Positions 21,501 to 36,500 of a stretch of DNA of 64,000 nt are shown piece by piece (position 1 is the first letter of the stretch; each line of letters starts with the position of its first letter). The stretch comes from Nemertoderma westbladi (lineage: Eukaryota > Animalia > Xenacoelomorpha). The stretch lies in NCBI GenBank assembly GCA_032718475.1, contig JAUCBJ010002546.1:17176-81175 (forward strand). The letters are read 5' to 3'. The notes under the pieces were generated by a model. It had not been told where the DNA came from. It was given only the letters and a program-made list of their open reading frames with translations, and searched no databases. The translations under genes were made by a program, and so were the position numbers.

Positions 21501-24500
21501 TGGGTAGAAAGAGTAGATATTAGTGGGAGCGGTCTGTGGGGCAGAAAGAGTAGATATTAGTGGGAGCGGTCTGTGGGGCAGAAAGAGTAGATATTAGTGG
21601 GAGCGGTCTGTGGGTAGAAAGAGTAGATATTAGTGGGAGCGGTCTGTGGGGTAGAAAGAGTAGATATTAGTGGGAGCGGTCTGTGGGGCAGAAAGAGTAG
21701 ATATTAGTGGGCAGAAAGAGTAGATATTAGTGGGAGCGGTCTGTGGGTAGAAAGAGTAGATATTAGTGGGAGCGGTCTGTGGGGCAGAAAGAGTAGATAT
21801 TAGTGGGTAGAAAGAGTAGATGTTAGTGGGAGCGGTCTGTGGGTAGAAAGAGTAGATATTAGTGGGAGCGGTCTGTGGGGCAGAAAGAGTAGATATTAGT
21901 GGGAGCGGTCTGTGGGGCAGAAAGAGTAGATATTAGTGGGAGCGGTCTGTGGGGCAGAAAGAGTAGATATTAGTGGGTAGAAAGAGTAGATGTTAGTGGG
22001 AGCGGTCTGTGGGTAGAAAGAGTAGATATTAGTGGGAGCGGTCTGTGGGGCAGAAAGAGTAGATATTAGTGGGTAGAAAGAGTAGATGTTAGTGGGAGCG
22101 GTCTGTGGGTAGAAAGAGTAGATGTTAGTGGGAGCGGTCTGTGGGTAGAAAGAGTAGATATTAGTGGGAGCGGTCTGTGGGGCAGAAAGAGTAGATATTA
22201 GTGGGTAGAAAGAGTAGATGTTAGTGGGAGCGGTCTGTGGGTAGAAAGAGTAGATATTAGTGGGAGCGGTCTGTGGGGCAGAAAGAGTAGATATTAGTGG
22301 GAGCGGTCTGTGGGGCAGAAAGAGTAGATATTAGTGGGAGCGGTCTGTGGGGCAGAAAGAGTAGATATTAGTGGGTAGAAAGAGTAGATGTTAGTGGGAG
22401 CGGTCTGTGGGTAGAAAGAGTAGATATTAGTGGGAGCGGTCTGTGGGGCAGAAAGAGTAGATATTAGTGGGTAGAAAGAGTAGATGTTAGTGGGAGCGGT
22501 CTGTGGGTAGAAAGAGTAGATGTTAGTGGGAGCGGTCTGTGGGTAGAAAGAGTAGATATTAGTGGGAGCGGTCTGTGGGGCAGAAAGAGTAGATATTAGT
22601 GGGTAGAAAGAGTAGATGTTAGTGGGAGCGGTCTGTGGGTAGAAAGAGTAGATATTAGTGGGAGCGGTCTGTGGGGCAGAAAGAGTAGATATTAGTGGGA
22701 GCGGTCTGTGGGGCAGAAAGAGTAGATATTAGTGGGAGCGGTCTGTGGGGCAGAAAGAGTAGATATTAGTGGGTAGAAAGAGTAGATGTTAGTGGGAGCG
22801 GTCTGTGGGTAGAAAGAGTAGATATTAGTGGGAGCGGTCTGTGGGGTAGAAAGAGTAGATATTAGCGGGAGCGGTCTGTGGGTAGAAAGAGTAGATATTA
22901 GTGGGTAGAAAGAGTAGATGTTAGCGGGAGCGGTCTGTGGGGCAGAAAGAGTAGATATTAGTGGGAGCGGTCTGTGGGGCAGAAAGAGTAGATATTAGTG
23001 GGTAGAAAGAGTAGATGTTAGTGGGAGCGGTCTGTGGGGCAGAAAGAGTAGATATTAGTGGGTAGAAAGAGTAGATGTTAGCGGGAGCGGTCTGTGGGTA
23101 GAAAGAGTAGATATTAGCGGGAGCGGTCTGTGGGGCAGAAAGAGTAGATATTAGTGGGTAGAAAGAGTAGATGTTAGTGGGAGCGGTCTGTGGGTAGAAA
23201 GAGTAGATGTTAGCGGGAGCGGTCTGTGGGTAGAAAGAGTAGATATTAGTGGGTAGAAAGAGTAGATGTTAGCGGGAGCGGTCTGTGGGGCAGAAAGAGT
23301 AGATATTAGTGGGAGCGGTCTGTGGGGCAGAAAGAGTAGATATCAGTGGGAGCGGTCTGTGGGGCAGAAAGAGTAGATATTAGTGGGAGCGGTCTGTGGG
23401 GCAGAAAGAGTAGATATTAGTGGGTAGAAAGAGTAGATGTTAGTGGGAGCGGTCTGTGGGGCAGAAAGAGTAGATATTAGTGGGTAGAAAGAGTAGATGT
23501 TAGCGGGAGCGGTCTGTGGGTAGAAAGAGTAGATATTAGTGGGTAGAAAGAGTAGATGTTAGTGGGAGCGGTCTGTGGGGCAGAAAGAGTAGATATCAGT
23601 GGGAGCGGTCTGTGGGGCAGAAAGAGTAGATATTAGTGGGAGCGGTCTGTGGGGCAGAAAGAGTAGATATTAGTGGGTAGAAAGAGTAGATGTTAGCGGG
23701 AGCGGTCTGTGGGTAGAAAGAGTAGATATTAGCGGGAGCGGTCTGTGGGGCAGAAAGAGTAGATATTAGTGGGTAGAAAGAGTAGATGTTAGCGGGAGCG
23801 GTCTGTGGGTAGAAAGAGTAGATATTAGTGGGTAGAAAGAGTAGATGTTAGCGGGAGCGGTCTGTGGGTAGAAAGAGTAGATATTAGTGGGTAGAAAGAG
23901 TAGATGTTAGTGGGAGCGGTCTGTGGGGCAGAAAGAGTAGATATTAGTGGGAGCGGTCTGTGGGGCAGAAAGAGTAGATATTAGTGGGTAGAAAGAGTAG
24001 ATGTTAGCGGGAGCGGTCTGTGGGGCAGAAAGAGTAGATATTAGTGGGAGCGGTCTGTGGGGCAGAAAGAGTAGATATTAGTGGGTAGAAAGAGTAGATG
24101 TTAGCGGGAGCGGTCTGTGGGTAGAAAGAGTAGATATTAGCGGGAGCGGTCTGTGGGGCAGAAAGAGTAGATATTAGTGGGTAGAAAGAGTAGATGTTAG
24201 TGGGAGCGGTCTGTGGGGCAGAAAGAGTAGATATTAGTGGGAGCGGTCTGTGGGGCAGAAAGAGTAGATATTAGTGGGAGCGGTCTGTGGGGCAGAAAGA
24301 GTAGATATTAGTGGGTAGAAAGAGTAGATGTTAGCGGGAGCGGTCTGTGGGTAGAAAGAGTAGATATTAGCGGGAGCGGTCTGTGGGGCAGAAAGAGTAG
24401 ATATTAGTGGGTAGAAAGAGTAGATGTTAGTGGGAGCGGTCTGTGGGGCAGAAAGAGTAGATATTAGTGGGAGCGGTCTGTGGGGCAGAAAGAGTAGATA

Positions 24501-27500
24501 TTAGTGGGTAGAAAGAGTAGATGTTAGTGGGAGCGGTCTGTGGGGCAGAAAGAGTAGATATTAGTGGGAGCGGTCTGTGGGGCAGAAAGAGTAGATATTA
24601 GTGGGAGCGGTCTGTGGGGCAGAAAGAGTAGATATTAGTGGGAGCGGTCTGTGGGGCAGAAAGAGTAGATATTAGTGGGTAGAAAGAGTAGATGTTAGTG
24701 GGAGCGGTCTGTGGGTAGAAAGAGTAGATATTAGTGGGAGCGGTCTGTGGGGCAGAAAGAGTAGATATTAGTGGGTAGAAAGAGTAGATGTTAGCGGGAG
24801 CGGTCTGTGGGGCAGAAAGAGTAGATATTAGTGGGTAGAAAGAGTAGATGTTAGCGGGAGCGGTCTGTGGGGCAGAAAGAGTAGATATTAGTGGGAGCGG
24901 TCTGTGGGGCAGAAAGAGTAGATATTAGTGGGTAGAAAGAGTAGATGTTAGTGGGAGCGGTCTGTGGGTAGAAAGAGTAGATATTAGTGGGAGCGGTCTG
25001 TGGGGTAGAAAGAGTAGATATTAGCGGGAGCGGTCTGTGGGTAGAAAGAGTAGATATTAGTGGGTAGAAAGAGTAGATGTTAGTGGGTAGAAAGAGTAGA
25101 TGTTAGCGGGAGCGGTCTGTGGGGCAGAAAGAGTAGATATTAGTGGGAGCGGTCTGTGGGGCAGAAAGAGTAGATATTAGTGGGTAGAAAGAGTAGATGT
25201 TAGCGGGAGCGGTCTGTGGGGCAGAAAGAGTAGATATTAGTGGGAGCGGTCTGTGGGGCAGAAAGAGTAGATATTAGTGGGTAGAAAGAGTAGATGTTAG
25301 TGGGAGCGGTCTGTGGGTAGAAAGAGTAGATATTAGTGGGAGCGGTCTGTGGGGTAGAAAGAGTAGATATTAGCGGGAGCGGTCTGTGGGTAGAAAGAGT
25401 AGATATTAGTGGGTAGAAAGAGTAGATGTTAGCGGGAGCGGTCTGTGGGGCAGAAAGAGTAGATATTAGTGGGAGCGGTCTGTGGGGCAGAAAGAGTAGA
25501 TATTAGTGGGTAGAAAGAGTAGATGTTAGTGGGAGCGGTCTGTGGGGCAGAAAGAGTAGATATTAGTGGGAGCGGTCTGTGGGGCAGAAAGAGTAGATAT
25601 TAGTGGGTAGAAAGAGTAGATGTTAGTGGGAGCGGTCTGTGGGGCAGAAAGAGTAGATATTAGTGGGAGCGGTCTGTGGGGCAGAAAGAGTAGATATTAG
25701 TGGGTAGAAAGAGTAGATGTTAGTGGGAGCGGTCTGTGGGTAGAAAGAGTAGATATTAGTGGGAGCGGTCTGTGGGGCAGAAAGAGTAGATATTAGTGGG
25801 TAGAAAGAGTAGATGTTAGCGGGAGCGGTCTGTGGGTAGAAAGAGTAGATATTAGTGGGAGCGGTCTGTGGGGCAGAAAGAGTAGATATTAGTGGGTAGA
25901 AAGAGTAGATGTTAGCGGGAGCGGTCTGTGGGTAGAAAGAGTAGATATTAGTGGGAGCGGTCTGTGGGGCAGAAAGAGTAGATATTAGTGGGTAGAAAGA
26001 GTAGATGTTAGCGGGAGCGGTCTGTGGGTAGAAAGAGTAGATATTAGTGGGAGCGGTCTGTGGGGCAGAAAGAGTAGATATTAGTGGGTAGAAAGAGTAG
26101 ATGTTAGTGGGAGCGGTCTGTGGGTAGAAAGAGTAGATATTAGTGGGAGCGGTCTGTGGGGCAGAAAGAGTAGATATTAGTGGGTAGAAAGAGTAGATGT
26201 TAGTGGGAGCGGTCTGTGGGGCAGAAAGAGTAGATATTAGTGGGAGCGGTCTGTGGGGCAGAAAGAGTAGATATTAGTGGGTAGAAAGAGTAGATATTAG
26301 TGGGAGCGGTCTGTGGGTAGAAAGAGTAGATATTAGTGGGAGCGGTCTGTGGGGCAGAAAGAGTAGATATTAGTGGGAGCGGTCTGTGGGGCAGAAAGAG
26401 TAGATATTAGTGGGTAGAAAGAGTAGATGTTAGTGGGAGCGGTCTGTGGGTAGAAAGAGTAGATATTAGTGGGAGCGGTCTGTGGGTAGAAAGAGTAGAT
26501 GTTAGTGGGAGCGGTCTGTGGGTAGAAAGAGTAGATATTAGTGGGAGCGGTCTGTGGGTAGAAAGAGTAGATGTTAGTGGGAGCGGTCTGTGGGTAGAAA
26601 GAGTAGATATCAGTGGGAGCGGTCTGTGGGGCAGAAAGAGTAGATGTTAGCGGGAGCGGTCTGTGGGTAGAAAGAGTAGATGTTAGCGGGAGCGGTCTGT
26701 GGGGCAGAAAGAGTAGATATTAGTGGGTAGAAAGAGTAGATGTTAGCGGGAGCGGTCTGTGGGTAGAAAGAGTAGATGTTAGCGGGAGCGGTCTGTGGGT
26801 AGAAAGAGTAGATATTAGTGGGTAGAAAGAGTAGATGTTAGCGGGAGCGGTCTGTGGGTAGAAAGAGTAGATATTAGTGGGTAGAAAGAGTAGATGTTAG
26901 TGGGAGCGGTCTGTGGGGCAGAAAGAGTAGATATTAGTGGGTAGAAAGAGTAGATGTTAGTGGGAGCGGTCTGTGGGTAGAAAGAGTAGATGTTAGCGGG
27001 AGCGGTCTGTGGGGCAGAAAGAGTAGATATTAGTGGGTAGAAAGAGTAGATGTTAGTGGGAGCGGTCTGTGGGTAGAAAGAGTAGATATTAGTGGGAGCG
27101 GTCTGTGGGGCAGAAAGAGTAGATATTAGTGGGTAGAAAGAGTAGATGTTAGTGGGAGCGGTCTGTGGGTAGAAAGAGTAGATATCAGTGGGAGCGGTCT
27201 GTGGGGCAGAAAGAGTAGATGTTAGCGGGAGCGGTCTGTGGGTAGAAAGAGTAGATGTTAGCGGGAGCGGTCTGTGGGTAGAAAGAGTAGATGTTAGCGG
27301 GTAGAAAGAGTAGATGTTAGTGGGAGCGGTCTGTGGGTAGAAAGAGTAGATGTTAGTGGGAGCGGTCTGTGGGTAGAAAGAGTAGATGTTAGTGGGAGCG
27401 GTCTGTGGGTAGAAAGAGTAGATGTTAGCGGGAGCGGTCTGTGGGTAGAAAGAGTAGATGTTAGCGGGTAGAAAGAGTAGATGTTAGTGGGAGCGGTCTG

Positions 27501-30500
27501 TGGGTAGAAAGAGTAGATGTTAGTGGGAGCGGTCTGTGGGTAGAAAGAGTAGATGTTAGCGGGTAGAAAGAGTAGATGTTAGTGGGAGCGGTCTGTGGGT
27601 AGAAAGAGTAGATGTTAGTGGGAGCGGTCTGTGGGTAGAAAGAGTAGATGTTAGCGGGAGCGGTCTGTGGGTAGAAAGAGTAGATGTTAGCGGGTAGAAA
27701 GAGTAGATGTTAGTGGGAGCGGTCTGTGGGTAGAAAGAGTAGATGTTAGTGGGAGCGGTCTGTGGGTAGAAAGAGTAGATGTTAGTGGGAGCGGTCTGTG
27801 GGTAGAAAGAGTAGATGTTAGTGGGAGCGGTCTGTGGGTAGAAAGATTAGATATCAGTGGGAGCGGTCTGTGGGGCAGAAAGAGTAGATGTTAGCGGGAG
27901 CGGTCTGTGGGTAGAAAGAGTAGATGTTAGCGGGAGCGGTCTGTGGGTAGAAAGAGTAGATGTTAGTGGGAGCGGTCTGTGGGTAGAAAGAGTAGATGTT
28001 AGCGGGAGCGGTCTGTGGGGCAGAAAGAGTAGATATTAGTGGGTAGAAAGAGTAGATGTTAGCGGGAGCGGTCTGTGGGGCAGAAAGAGTAGATATGTTA
28101 GCGGGAGCTGTCTGTGGGTAGAAAGAGTAGATGTTAGCGGGAGCGGTCTGTGGGTAGAAAGAGTAGATATTAGTGGGTAGAAAGAGTAGATGTTAGCGGG
28201 AGCGGTCTGTGGGTAGAAAGAGTAGATGTTAGCGGGAGCGGTCTGTGGGTAGAAAGAGTAGATGTTAGCGGGAGCGGTCTGTGGGGCAGAAAGAGTAGAT
28301 ATTAGTGGGTAGAAAGAGTAGATATTAGTGGGAGCGGTCTGTGGGGCAGAAAGAGTAGATATTAGTGGGTAGAAAGAGTAGATGTTAGTGGGAGCGGTCT
28401 GTGGGTAGAAAGAGTAGATGTTAGCGGGAGCGGTCTGTGGGTAGAAAGAGTAGATGTTAGCGGGAGCGGTCTGTGGGTAGAAAGAGTAGATATTAGTGGG
28501 AGCGGTCTGTGGGGCAGAAAGAGTAGATATTAGTGGGTAGAAAGAGTAGATGTTAGTGGGAGCGGTCTGTGGGTAGAAAGAGTAGATGTTAGCGGGAGCG
28601 GTCTGTGGGTAGAAAGAGTAGATATTAGTGGGAGCGGTCTGTGGGGCAGAAAGAGTAGATATTAGTGGGTAGAAAGAGTAGATGTTAGTGGGAGCGGTCT
28701 GTGGGGTAGAAAGAGTAGCTGTTAGTGGGAGCGGTCTGTGGGTAGAAAGAGTAGATATTAGTGGGAGCGGTCTGTGGGGCAGAAAGAGTAGATATTAGTG
28801 GGTAGAAAGAGTAGATATTAGTGGGAGCGGTCTGTGGGTAGAAAGAGTAGATGTTAGCGGGAGCGGTCTGTGGGTAGAAAGAGTAGATGTTAGCGGGAGC
28901 GGTCTGTGGGGCAGAAAGAGTAGATATTAGTGGGTAGAAAGAGTAGATATTAGTGGGAGCGGTCTGTGGGTAGAAATAGTAGATATTAGTGGGTAGAAAG
29001 AGTAGATATTAGTGGGAGCGGTCTGTGGGGCAGAAAGAGTAGATATTAGTGGGTAGAAAGAGTAGATATTAGTGGGTAGAAAGAGTAGATGTTAGTGGGA
29101 GCGGTCTGTGGGTAGAAAGAGTAGATATTAGTGGGTAGAAAGAGTAGATATTAGTGGGTAGAAAGAGTAGATATTAGTGGGTAGAAAGAGTAGATGTTAG
29201 TGGGAGCGGTCTGTGGGTAGAAAGAGTAGATATTAGTGGGTAGAAAGAGTAGATATTAGTGGGTAGAAAGAGTAGATATTAGTGGGTAGAAAGAGTAGAT
29301 ATTAGTGGGTAGAAAGAGTAGATGTTAGTGGGAGCGGTCTGTGGGTAGAAAGAGTAGATATTAGTGGGAGCGGTCTGTGGGTAGAAAGAGTAGATATTAG
29401 TGGGTAGAAAGAGTAGATATTAGTGGGAGCGGTCTGTGGGTAGAAAGAGTAGATATTAGTGGGAGCGGTCTGTGGGTAGAAAGAGTAGATATTAGTGGGT
29501 AGAAAGAGTAGATGTTAGTGGGAGCGGTCTGTGGGTAGAAAGAGTAGATGTTAGCGGGAGCGGTCTGTGGGGCAGAAAGAGTAGATATTAGTGGGAGCGG
29601 TCTGTGGGGCAGAAAGAGTAGATGTTAGCGGGAGCGGTCTGTGGGTAGAAAGAGTAGATATTAGTGGGTAGAAAGAGTAGATATTAGTGGGTAGAAAGAG
29701 TAGATATTAGTGGGTAGAAAGAGTAGATGTTAGTGGGAGCGGTCTGTGGGTAGAAAGAGTAGATATTAGTGGGTAGAAAGAGTAGATATTAGTGGGTAGA
29801 AAGAGTAGATATTAGTGGGAGCGGTCTGTGGGGCAGAAAGAGTAGATGTTAGTGGGTAGAAAGAGTAGATGTTAGTGGGAGCGGTCTGTGGGTAGAAAGA
29901 GTAGATATTAGTGGGAGCGGTCTGTGGGTAGAAAGAGTAGATATTAGTGGGTAGAAAGAGTAGATATTAGTGGGTAGAAAGAGTAGATATTAGTGGGAGC
30001 GGTCTGTGGGTAGAAAGAGTAGATATTAGTGGGAGCGGTCTGTGGGTAGAAAGAGTAGATATTAGTGGGCAGAAAGAGTAGATATTAGTGGGTAGAAAGA
30101 GTAGATATTAGTGGGAGCGGTCTGTGGGTAGAAATAGTAGATATTAGTGGGTAGAAAGAGTAGATATTAGTGGGAGCGGTCTGTGGGTAGAAAGAGTAGA
30201 TATTAGTGGGAGCGGTCTGTGGGTAGAAAGAGTAGATATTAGTGGGTAGAAAGAGTAGATGTTAGTGGGAGCGGTCTGTGGGTAGAAAGAGTAGATATTA
30301 GTGGGTAGAAAGAGTAGATATTAGTGGGTAGAAAGAGTAGATATTAGTGGGAGCGGTCTGTGGGTAGAAAGAGTAGATGTTAGCGGGAGCGGTCTGTGGG
30401 TAGAAAGAGTAGATATTAGTGGGAGCGGTCTGTGGGTAGAAAGAGTAGATATTAGTGGGTAGAAAGAGTAGATATTAGCGGGAGCGGTCTGTGGGTAGAA

Positions 30501-33500
30501 AGAGTAGATGTTAGCGGGAGCGGTCTGTGGGTAGAAAGAGTAGATATTAGTGGGTAGAAATAGTAGATGTTAGTGGGAGCGGTCTGTGGGTAGAAAGAGT
30601 AGATGTTAGCGGGAGCGGTCTGTGGGTAGAAAGAGTAGATATTAGTGGGTAGAAAGAGTAGATGTTAGCGGGTAGAAAGAGTAGATATTAGTGGGAGCGG
30701 TCTGTGGGTAGAAAGAGTAGATATTAGTGGGTAGAAAGAGTAGATATTAGTGGGTAGAAAGAGTAGATATTAGTGGGAGCGGTCTGTGGGTAGAAAGAGT
30801 AGATGTTAGCGGGAGCGGTCTGTGGGTAGAAAGAGTAGATATTAGTGGGTAGAAAGAGTAGATGTTAGCGGGTAGAAAGAGTAGATATTAGTGGGAGCGG
30901 TCTGTGGGTAGAAAGAGTAGATATTAGTGGGTAGAAAGAGTAGATATTAGTGGGTAGAAAGAGTAGATATTAGTGGGAGCGGTCTGTGGGTAGAAAGAGT
31001 AGATGTTAGCGGGAGCGGTCTGTGGGTAGAAAGAGTAGATATTAGTGGGTAGAAAGAGTAGATGTTAGCGGGTAGAAAGAGTAGATATTAGTGGGAGCGG
31101 TCTGTGGGTAGAAAGAGTAGATATTAGTGGGTAGAAAGAGTAGATGTTAGTGGGTGCGGTCTGTGGGGCAGAAAGAGTAGATATTAGTGGGAGCGGTCTG
31201 TGGGTAGAAAGAGTAGATATTAGTGGGTAGAAAGAGTAGATGTTAGCGGGTAGAAAGAGTAGATATTAGTGGGAGCGGTCTGTGGGTAGAAAGAGTAGAT
31301 ATTAGTGGGTAGAAAGAGTAGATGTTAGTGGGTGCGGTCTGTGGGGCAGAAAGAGTAGATATTAGTGGGTGCGGTCTGTGGGGCAGAAAGAGTAGATATT
31401 AGTGGGTAGAAAGAGTAGATGTTAGCGGGAGCGGTCTGTGGGGCAGAAAGAGTAGATGTTAGCGGGTAGAAAGAGTAGATATTAGCGGGAGCGGTCTGTG
31501 GGTAGAAAGAGTAGATGTTAGCGGGAGCGGTCTGTGGGGCAGAAAGAGTAGATATTAGTGGGTAGAAAGAGTAGATGTTAGTGGGAGCGGTCTGTGGGTA
31601 GAAAGAGTAGATATTAGTGGGAGCGGTCTGTGGGTAGAAAGAGTAGATATTAGTGGGTAGAAAGAGTAGATGTTAGCGGGTAGAAAGAGTAGATATTAGC
31701 GGGAGCGGTCTGTGGGTAGAAAGAGTAGATGTTAGCGGGAGCGGTCTGTGGGGCAGAAAGAGTAGATATTAGTGGGTAGAAAGAGTAGATGTTAGTGGGA
31801 GCGGTCTGTGGGTAGAAAGAGTAGATATTAGTGGGAGCGGTCTGTGGGGCAGAAAGAGTAGATATTAGTGGGTAGAAAGAGTAGATGTTAGTGGGAGCGG
31901 TCTGTGGGTAGAAAGAGTAGATATTAGTGGGAGCGGTCTGTGGGTAGAAAGAGTAGATATTAGTGGGTAGAAAGAGTAGATGTTAGCGGGTAGAAAGAGT
32001 AGATATTAGCGGGAGCGGTCTGTGGGTAGAAAGAGTAGATGTTAGCGGGAGCGGTCTGTGGGGCAGAAAGAGTAGATATTAGTGGGTAGAAAGAGTAGAT
32101 GTTAGTGGGAGCGGTCTGTGGGTAGAAAGAGTAGATATTAGTGGGAGCGGTCTGTGGGTAGAAAGAGTAGATATTAGTGGGTAGAAAGAGTAGATATTAG
32201 TGGGAGCGGTCTGTGGGTAGAAAGAGTAGATGTTAGCGGGAGCGGTCTGTGGGTAGAAAGAGTAGATATTAGTGGGTAGAAAGAGTAGATGTTAGCGGGT
32301 AGAAAGAGTAGATATTAGCGGGAGCGGTCTGTGGGTAGAAAGAGTAGATGTTAGCGGGAGCGGTCTGTGGGTAGAAAGAGTAGATATTAGTGGGTAGAAA
32401 TAGTAGATGTTAGTGGGAGCGGTCTGTGGGTAGAAAGAGTAGATGTTAGCGGGAGCGGTCTGTGGGTAGAAAGAGTAGATATTAGTGGGAGCGGTCTGTG
32501 GGGCAGAAAGAGTAGATATTAGTGGGAGCGGTCTGTGGGGCAGAAAGAGTAGATATTAGTGGGAGCGGTCTGTGGGGTAGAAAGAGTAGATGTTAGCGGG
32601 AGCGGTCTGTGGGGCAGAAAGAGTAGATATTAGTGGGAGCGGTCTGTGGGGTAGAAAGAGTAGATATTAGTGGGCAGAAAGAGTAGATATTAGTGGGAGC
32701 GGTCTGTGGGGCAGAAAGAGTAGATATTAGTGGGAGCGGTCTGTGGGGCAGAAAGAGTAGATGTTAGCGGGAGCGGTCTGTGGGTAGAAAGAGTAGATAT
32801 TAGTGGGTAGAAAGAGTAGATATTAGTGGGTAGAAAGAGTAGATATTAGTGGGAGCGGTCTGTGGGGCAGAAAGAGTAGATATTAGTGGGAGCGGTCTGT
32901 GGGGCAGAAAGAGTAGATGTTAGCGGGAGCGGTCTGTGGGTAGAAAGAGTAGATATTAGTGGGTAGAAAGAGTAGATGTTAGCGGGAGCGGTCTGTGGGT
33001 AGAAAGAGTAGATGTTAGCGGGTAGAAAGAGTAGATGTTAGTGGGAGCGGTCTGTGGGGCAGAAAGAGTAGATATTAGTGGGAGCGGTCTGTGGGGCAGA
33101 AAGAGTAGATATTAGTGGGTAGAAAGAGTAGATATTAGTGGGTAGAAAGAGTAGATATTAGTGGGTAGAAAGAGTAGATGTTAGCGGGAGCGGTCTGTGG
33201 GTAGAAAGAGTAGATATTAGTGGGTAGAAAGAGTAGATATTAGTGGGTAGAAAGAGTAGATGTTAGCGGGAGCGGTCTGTGGGTAGAAAGAGTAGATATT
33301 AGTGGGAGCGGTCTGTGGGTAGAAAGAGTAGATATTAGTGGGAGCGGTCTGTGGGGCAGAAAGAGTAGATATTAGTGGGTAGAAAGAGTAGATATTAGTG
33401 GGTAGAAAGAGTAGATGTTAGTGGGTAGAAAGAGTAGATATTAGTGGGTAGAAAGAGTAGATGTTAGCGGGAGCGGTCTGTGGGGCAGAAAGAGTAGATA

Positions 33501-36500
33501 TTAGTGGGTAGAAAGAGTAGATATTAGTGGGTAGAAAGAGTAGATATTAGTGGGTAGAAAGAGTAGATGTTAGCGGGAGCGGTCTGTGGGTAGAAAGAGT
33601 AGATATTAGTGGGAGCGGTCTGTGGGGTAGAAAGAGTAGATATTAGCGGGAGCGGTCTGTGGGTAGAAAGAGTAGATGTTAGTGGGAGCGGTCTGTGGGT
33701 AGAAAGAGTAGATATTAGTGGGAGCGGTCTGTGGGGCAGAAAGAGTAGATATTAGTGGGTAGAAAGAGTAGATGTTAGCGGGAGCGGTCTGTGGGTAGAA
33801 AGAGTAGATATTAGTGGGAGCGGTCTGTGGGTAGAAAGAGTAGATATTAGTGGGAGCGGTCTGTGGGGCAGAAAGAGTAGATATTAGTGGGTAGAAAGAG
33901 TAGATATTAGTGGGTAGAAAGAGTAGATGTTAGTGGGTAGAAAGAGTAGATATTAGTGGGTAGAAAGAGTAGATATTAGTGGGTAGAAAGAGTAGATGTT
34001 AGCGGGAGCGGTCTGTGGGTAGAAAGAGTAGATATTAGTGGGAGCGGTCTGTGGGTAGAAAGAGTAGATATTAGTGGGAGCGGTCTGTGGGTAGAAAGAG
34101 TAGATATTAGTGGGTAGAAAGAGTAGATATTAGCGGGAGCGGTCTGTGGGTAGAAAGAGTAGATATTAGTGGGTAGAAAGAGTAGATATTAGTGGGTAGA
34201 AAGAGTAGATGTTAGCGGGAGCGGTCTGTGGGTAGAAAGAGTAGATATTAGTGGGAGCGGTCTGTGGGTAGAAAGAGTAGATATTAGTGGGAGCGGTCTG
34301 TGGGTAGAAAGAGTAGATATTAGTGGGTAGAAAGAGTAGATGTTAGTGGGAGCGGTCTGTGGGGCAGAAAGAGTAGATATTAGTGGGTAGAAAGAGTAGA
34401 TATTAGTGGGTAGAAAGAGTAGATATTAGTGGGTAGAAAGAGTAGATGTTAGTGGGTAGAAAGAGTAGATATTAGTGGGTAGAAAGAGTAGATGTTAGCG
34501 GGAGCGGTCTGTGGGTAGAAAGAGTAGATATTAGTGGGTAGAAAGAGTAGATATTAGTGGGTAGAAAGAGTAGATATTAGTGGGTAGAAAGAGTAGATGT
34601 TAGCGGGAGCGGTCTGTGGGTAGAAAGAGTAGATATTAGTGGGCAGAAAGAGTAGATGTTAGCGGGAGCGGTCTGTGGGGCAGAAAGAGTAGATATTAGT
34701 GGGTAGAAAGAGTAGATATTAGTGGGTAGAAAGAGTAGATATTAGTGGGTAGAAAGAGTAGATGTTAGCGGGAGCGGTCTGTGGGTAGAAAGAGTAGATA
34801 TTAGTGGGAGCGGTCTGTGGGTAGAAAGAGTAGATATTAGTGGGAGCGGTCTGTGGGGCAGAAAGAGTAGATATTAGTGGGTAGAAAGAGTAGATGTTAG
34901 CGGGAGCGGTCTGTGGGGCAGAAAGAGTAGATATTAGTGGGAGCGGTCTGTGGGGCAGAAAGAGTAGATATTAGTGGGAGCGGTCTGTGGGGCAGAAAGA
35001 GTAGATATTAGTGGGAGCGGTCTGTGGGGCAGAAAGAGTAGATATTAGTGGGAGCGGTCTGTGGGGCAGAAAGAGTAGATATTAGTGGGAGCGGTCTGTG
35101 GGGCAGAAAGAGTAGATATTAGTGGGAGCGGTCTGTGGGGCAGAAAGAGTAGATATTAGTGGGAGCGGTCTGTGGGGCAGAAAGAGTAGATATTAGTGGG
35201 AGCGGTCTGTGGGGCAGAAAGAGTAGATATTAGTGGGAGCGGTCTGTGGGGCAGAAAGAGTAGATATTAGTGGGAGCGGTCTGTGGGGCAGAAAGAGTAG
35301 ATATTAGTGGGTAGAAAGAGTAGATGTTAATGGGAGCGGTCTGTGGGTAGAAAGAGTAGATGTTAGCGGGAGCGGTCTGTGGGTAGAAAGAGTAGATGTT
35401 AGCGGGAGCGGTCTGTGGGTAGAAAGAGTAGATATTAGTGGGTAGAAAGAGTAGATATTAGTGGGAGCGGTCTGTGGGGCAGAAAGAGTAGATATTAGTG
35501 GGAGCGGTCTGTGGGGCAGAAAGAGTAGATATTAGTGGGTAGAAAGAGTAGATATTAGTGGGTAGAAAGAGTAGATATTAGTGGGAGCGGTCTGTGGGTA
35601 GAAAGAGTAGATATTAGTGGGAGCGGTCTGTGGGGCAGAAAGAGTAGATATTAGTGGGTAGAAAGAGTAGATGTTAGCGGGAGCGGTCTGTGGGTAGAAA
35701 GAGTAGATGTTAGTGGGTAGAAAGAGTAGATATTAGTGGGAGCGGTCTGTGGGGCAGAAAGAGTAGATATTAGTGGGAGCGGTCTGTGGGGCAGAAAGAG
35801 TAGATATTAGTGGGAGCGGTCTGTGGGGCAGAAAGAGTAGATATTAGTGGGTAGAAAGAGTAGATGTTAGCGGGAGCGGTCTGTGGGTAGAAAGAGTAGA
35901 TATTAGTGGGAGCGGTCTGTGGGTAGAAAGAGTAGATATTAGTGGGAGCGGTCTGTGGGGCAGAAATAGTAGATATTAGTGGGTAGAAAGAGTAGATGTT
36001 AGCGGGAGCGGTCTGTGGGGCAGAAAGAGTAGATATTAGTGGGAGCGGTCTGTGGGTAGAAAGAGTAGATATTAGTGGGTAGAAAGAGTAGATATTAGTG
36101 GGTAGAAAGAGTAGATATTAGTGGGAGCGGTCTGTGGGTAGAAAGAGTAGATATTAGTGGGAGCGGTCTGTGGGGCAGAAAGAGTAGATATTAGTGGGTA
36201 GAAAGAGTAGATGTTAGCGGGAGCGGTCTGTGGGTAGAAAGAGTAGATATTAGTGGGAGCGGTCTGTGGGTAGAAAGAGTAGATATTAGTGGGAGCGGTC
36301 TGTGGGGTAGAACGAGTAGATGTTAGTGGGAGCGGTCTGTGGGGCAGAAAGAGTAGATATTAGTGGGAGCGGTCTGTGGGGCAGAAAGAGTAGATATTAG
36401 TGGGAGCGGTCTGTGGGGCAGAAAGAGTAGATATTAGTGGGTAGAAAGAGTAGATGTTAGCGGGAGCGGTCTGTGGGTAGAAAGAGTAGATGTTAGTGGG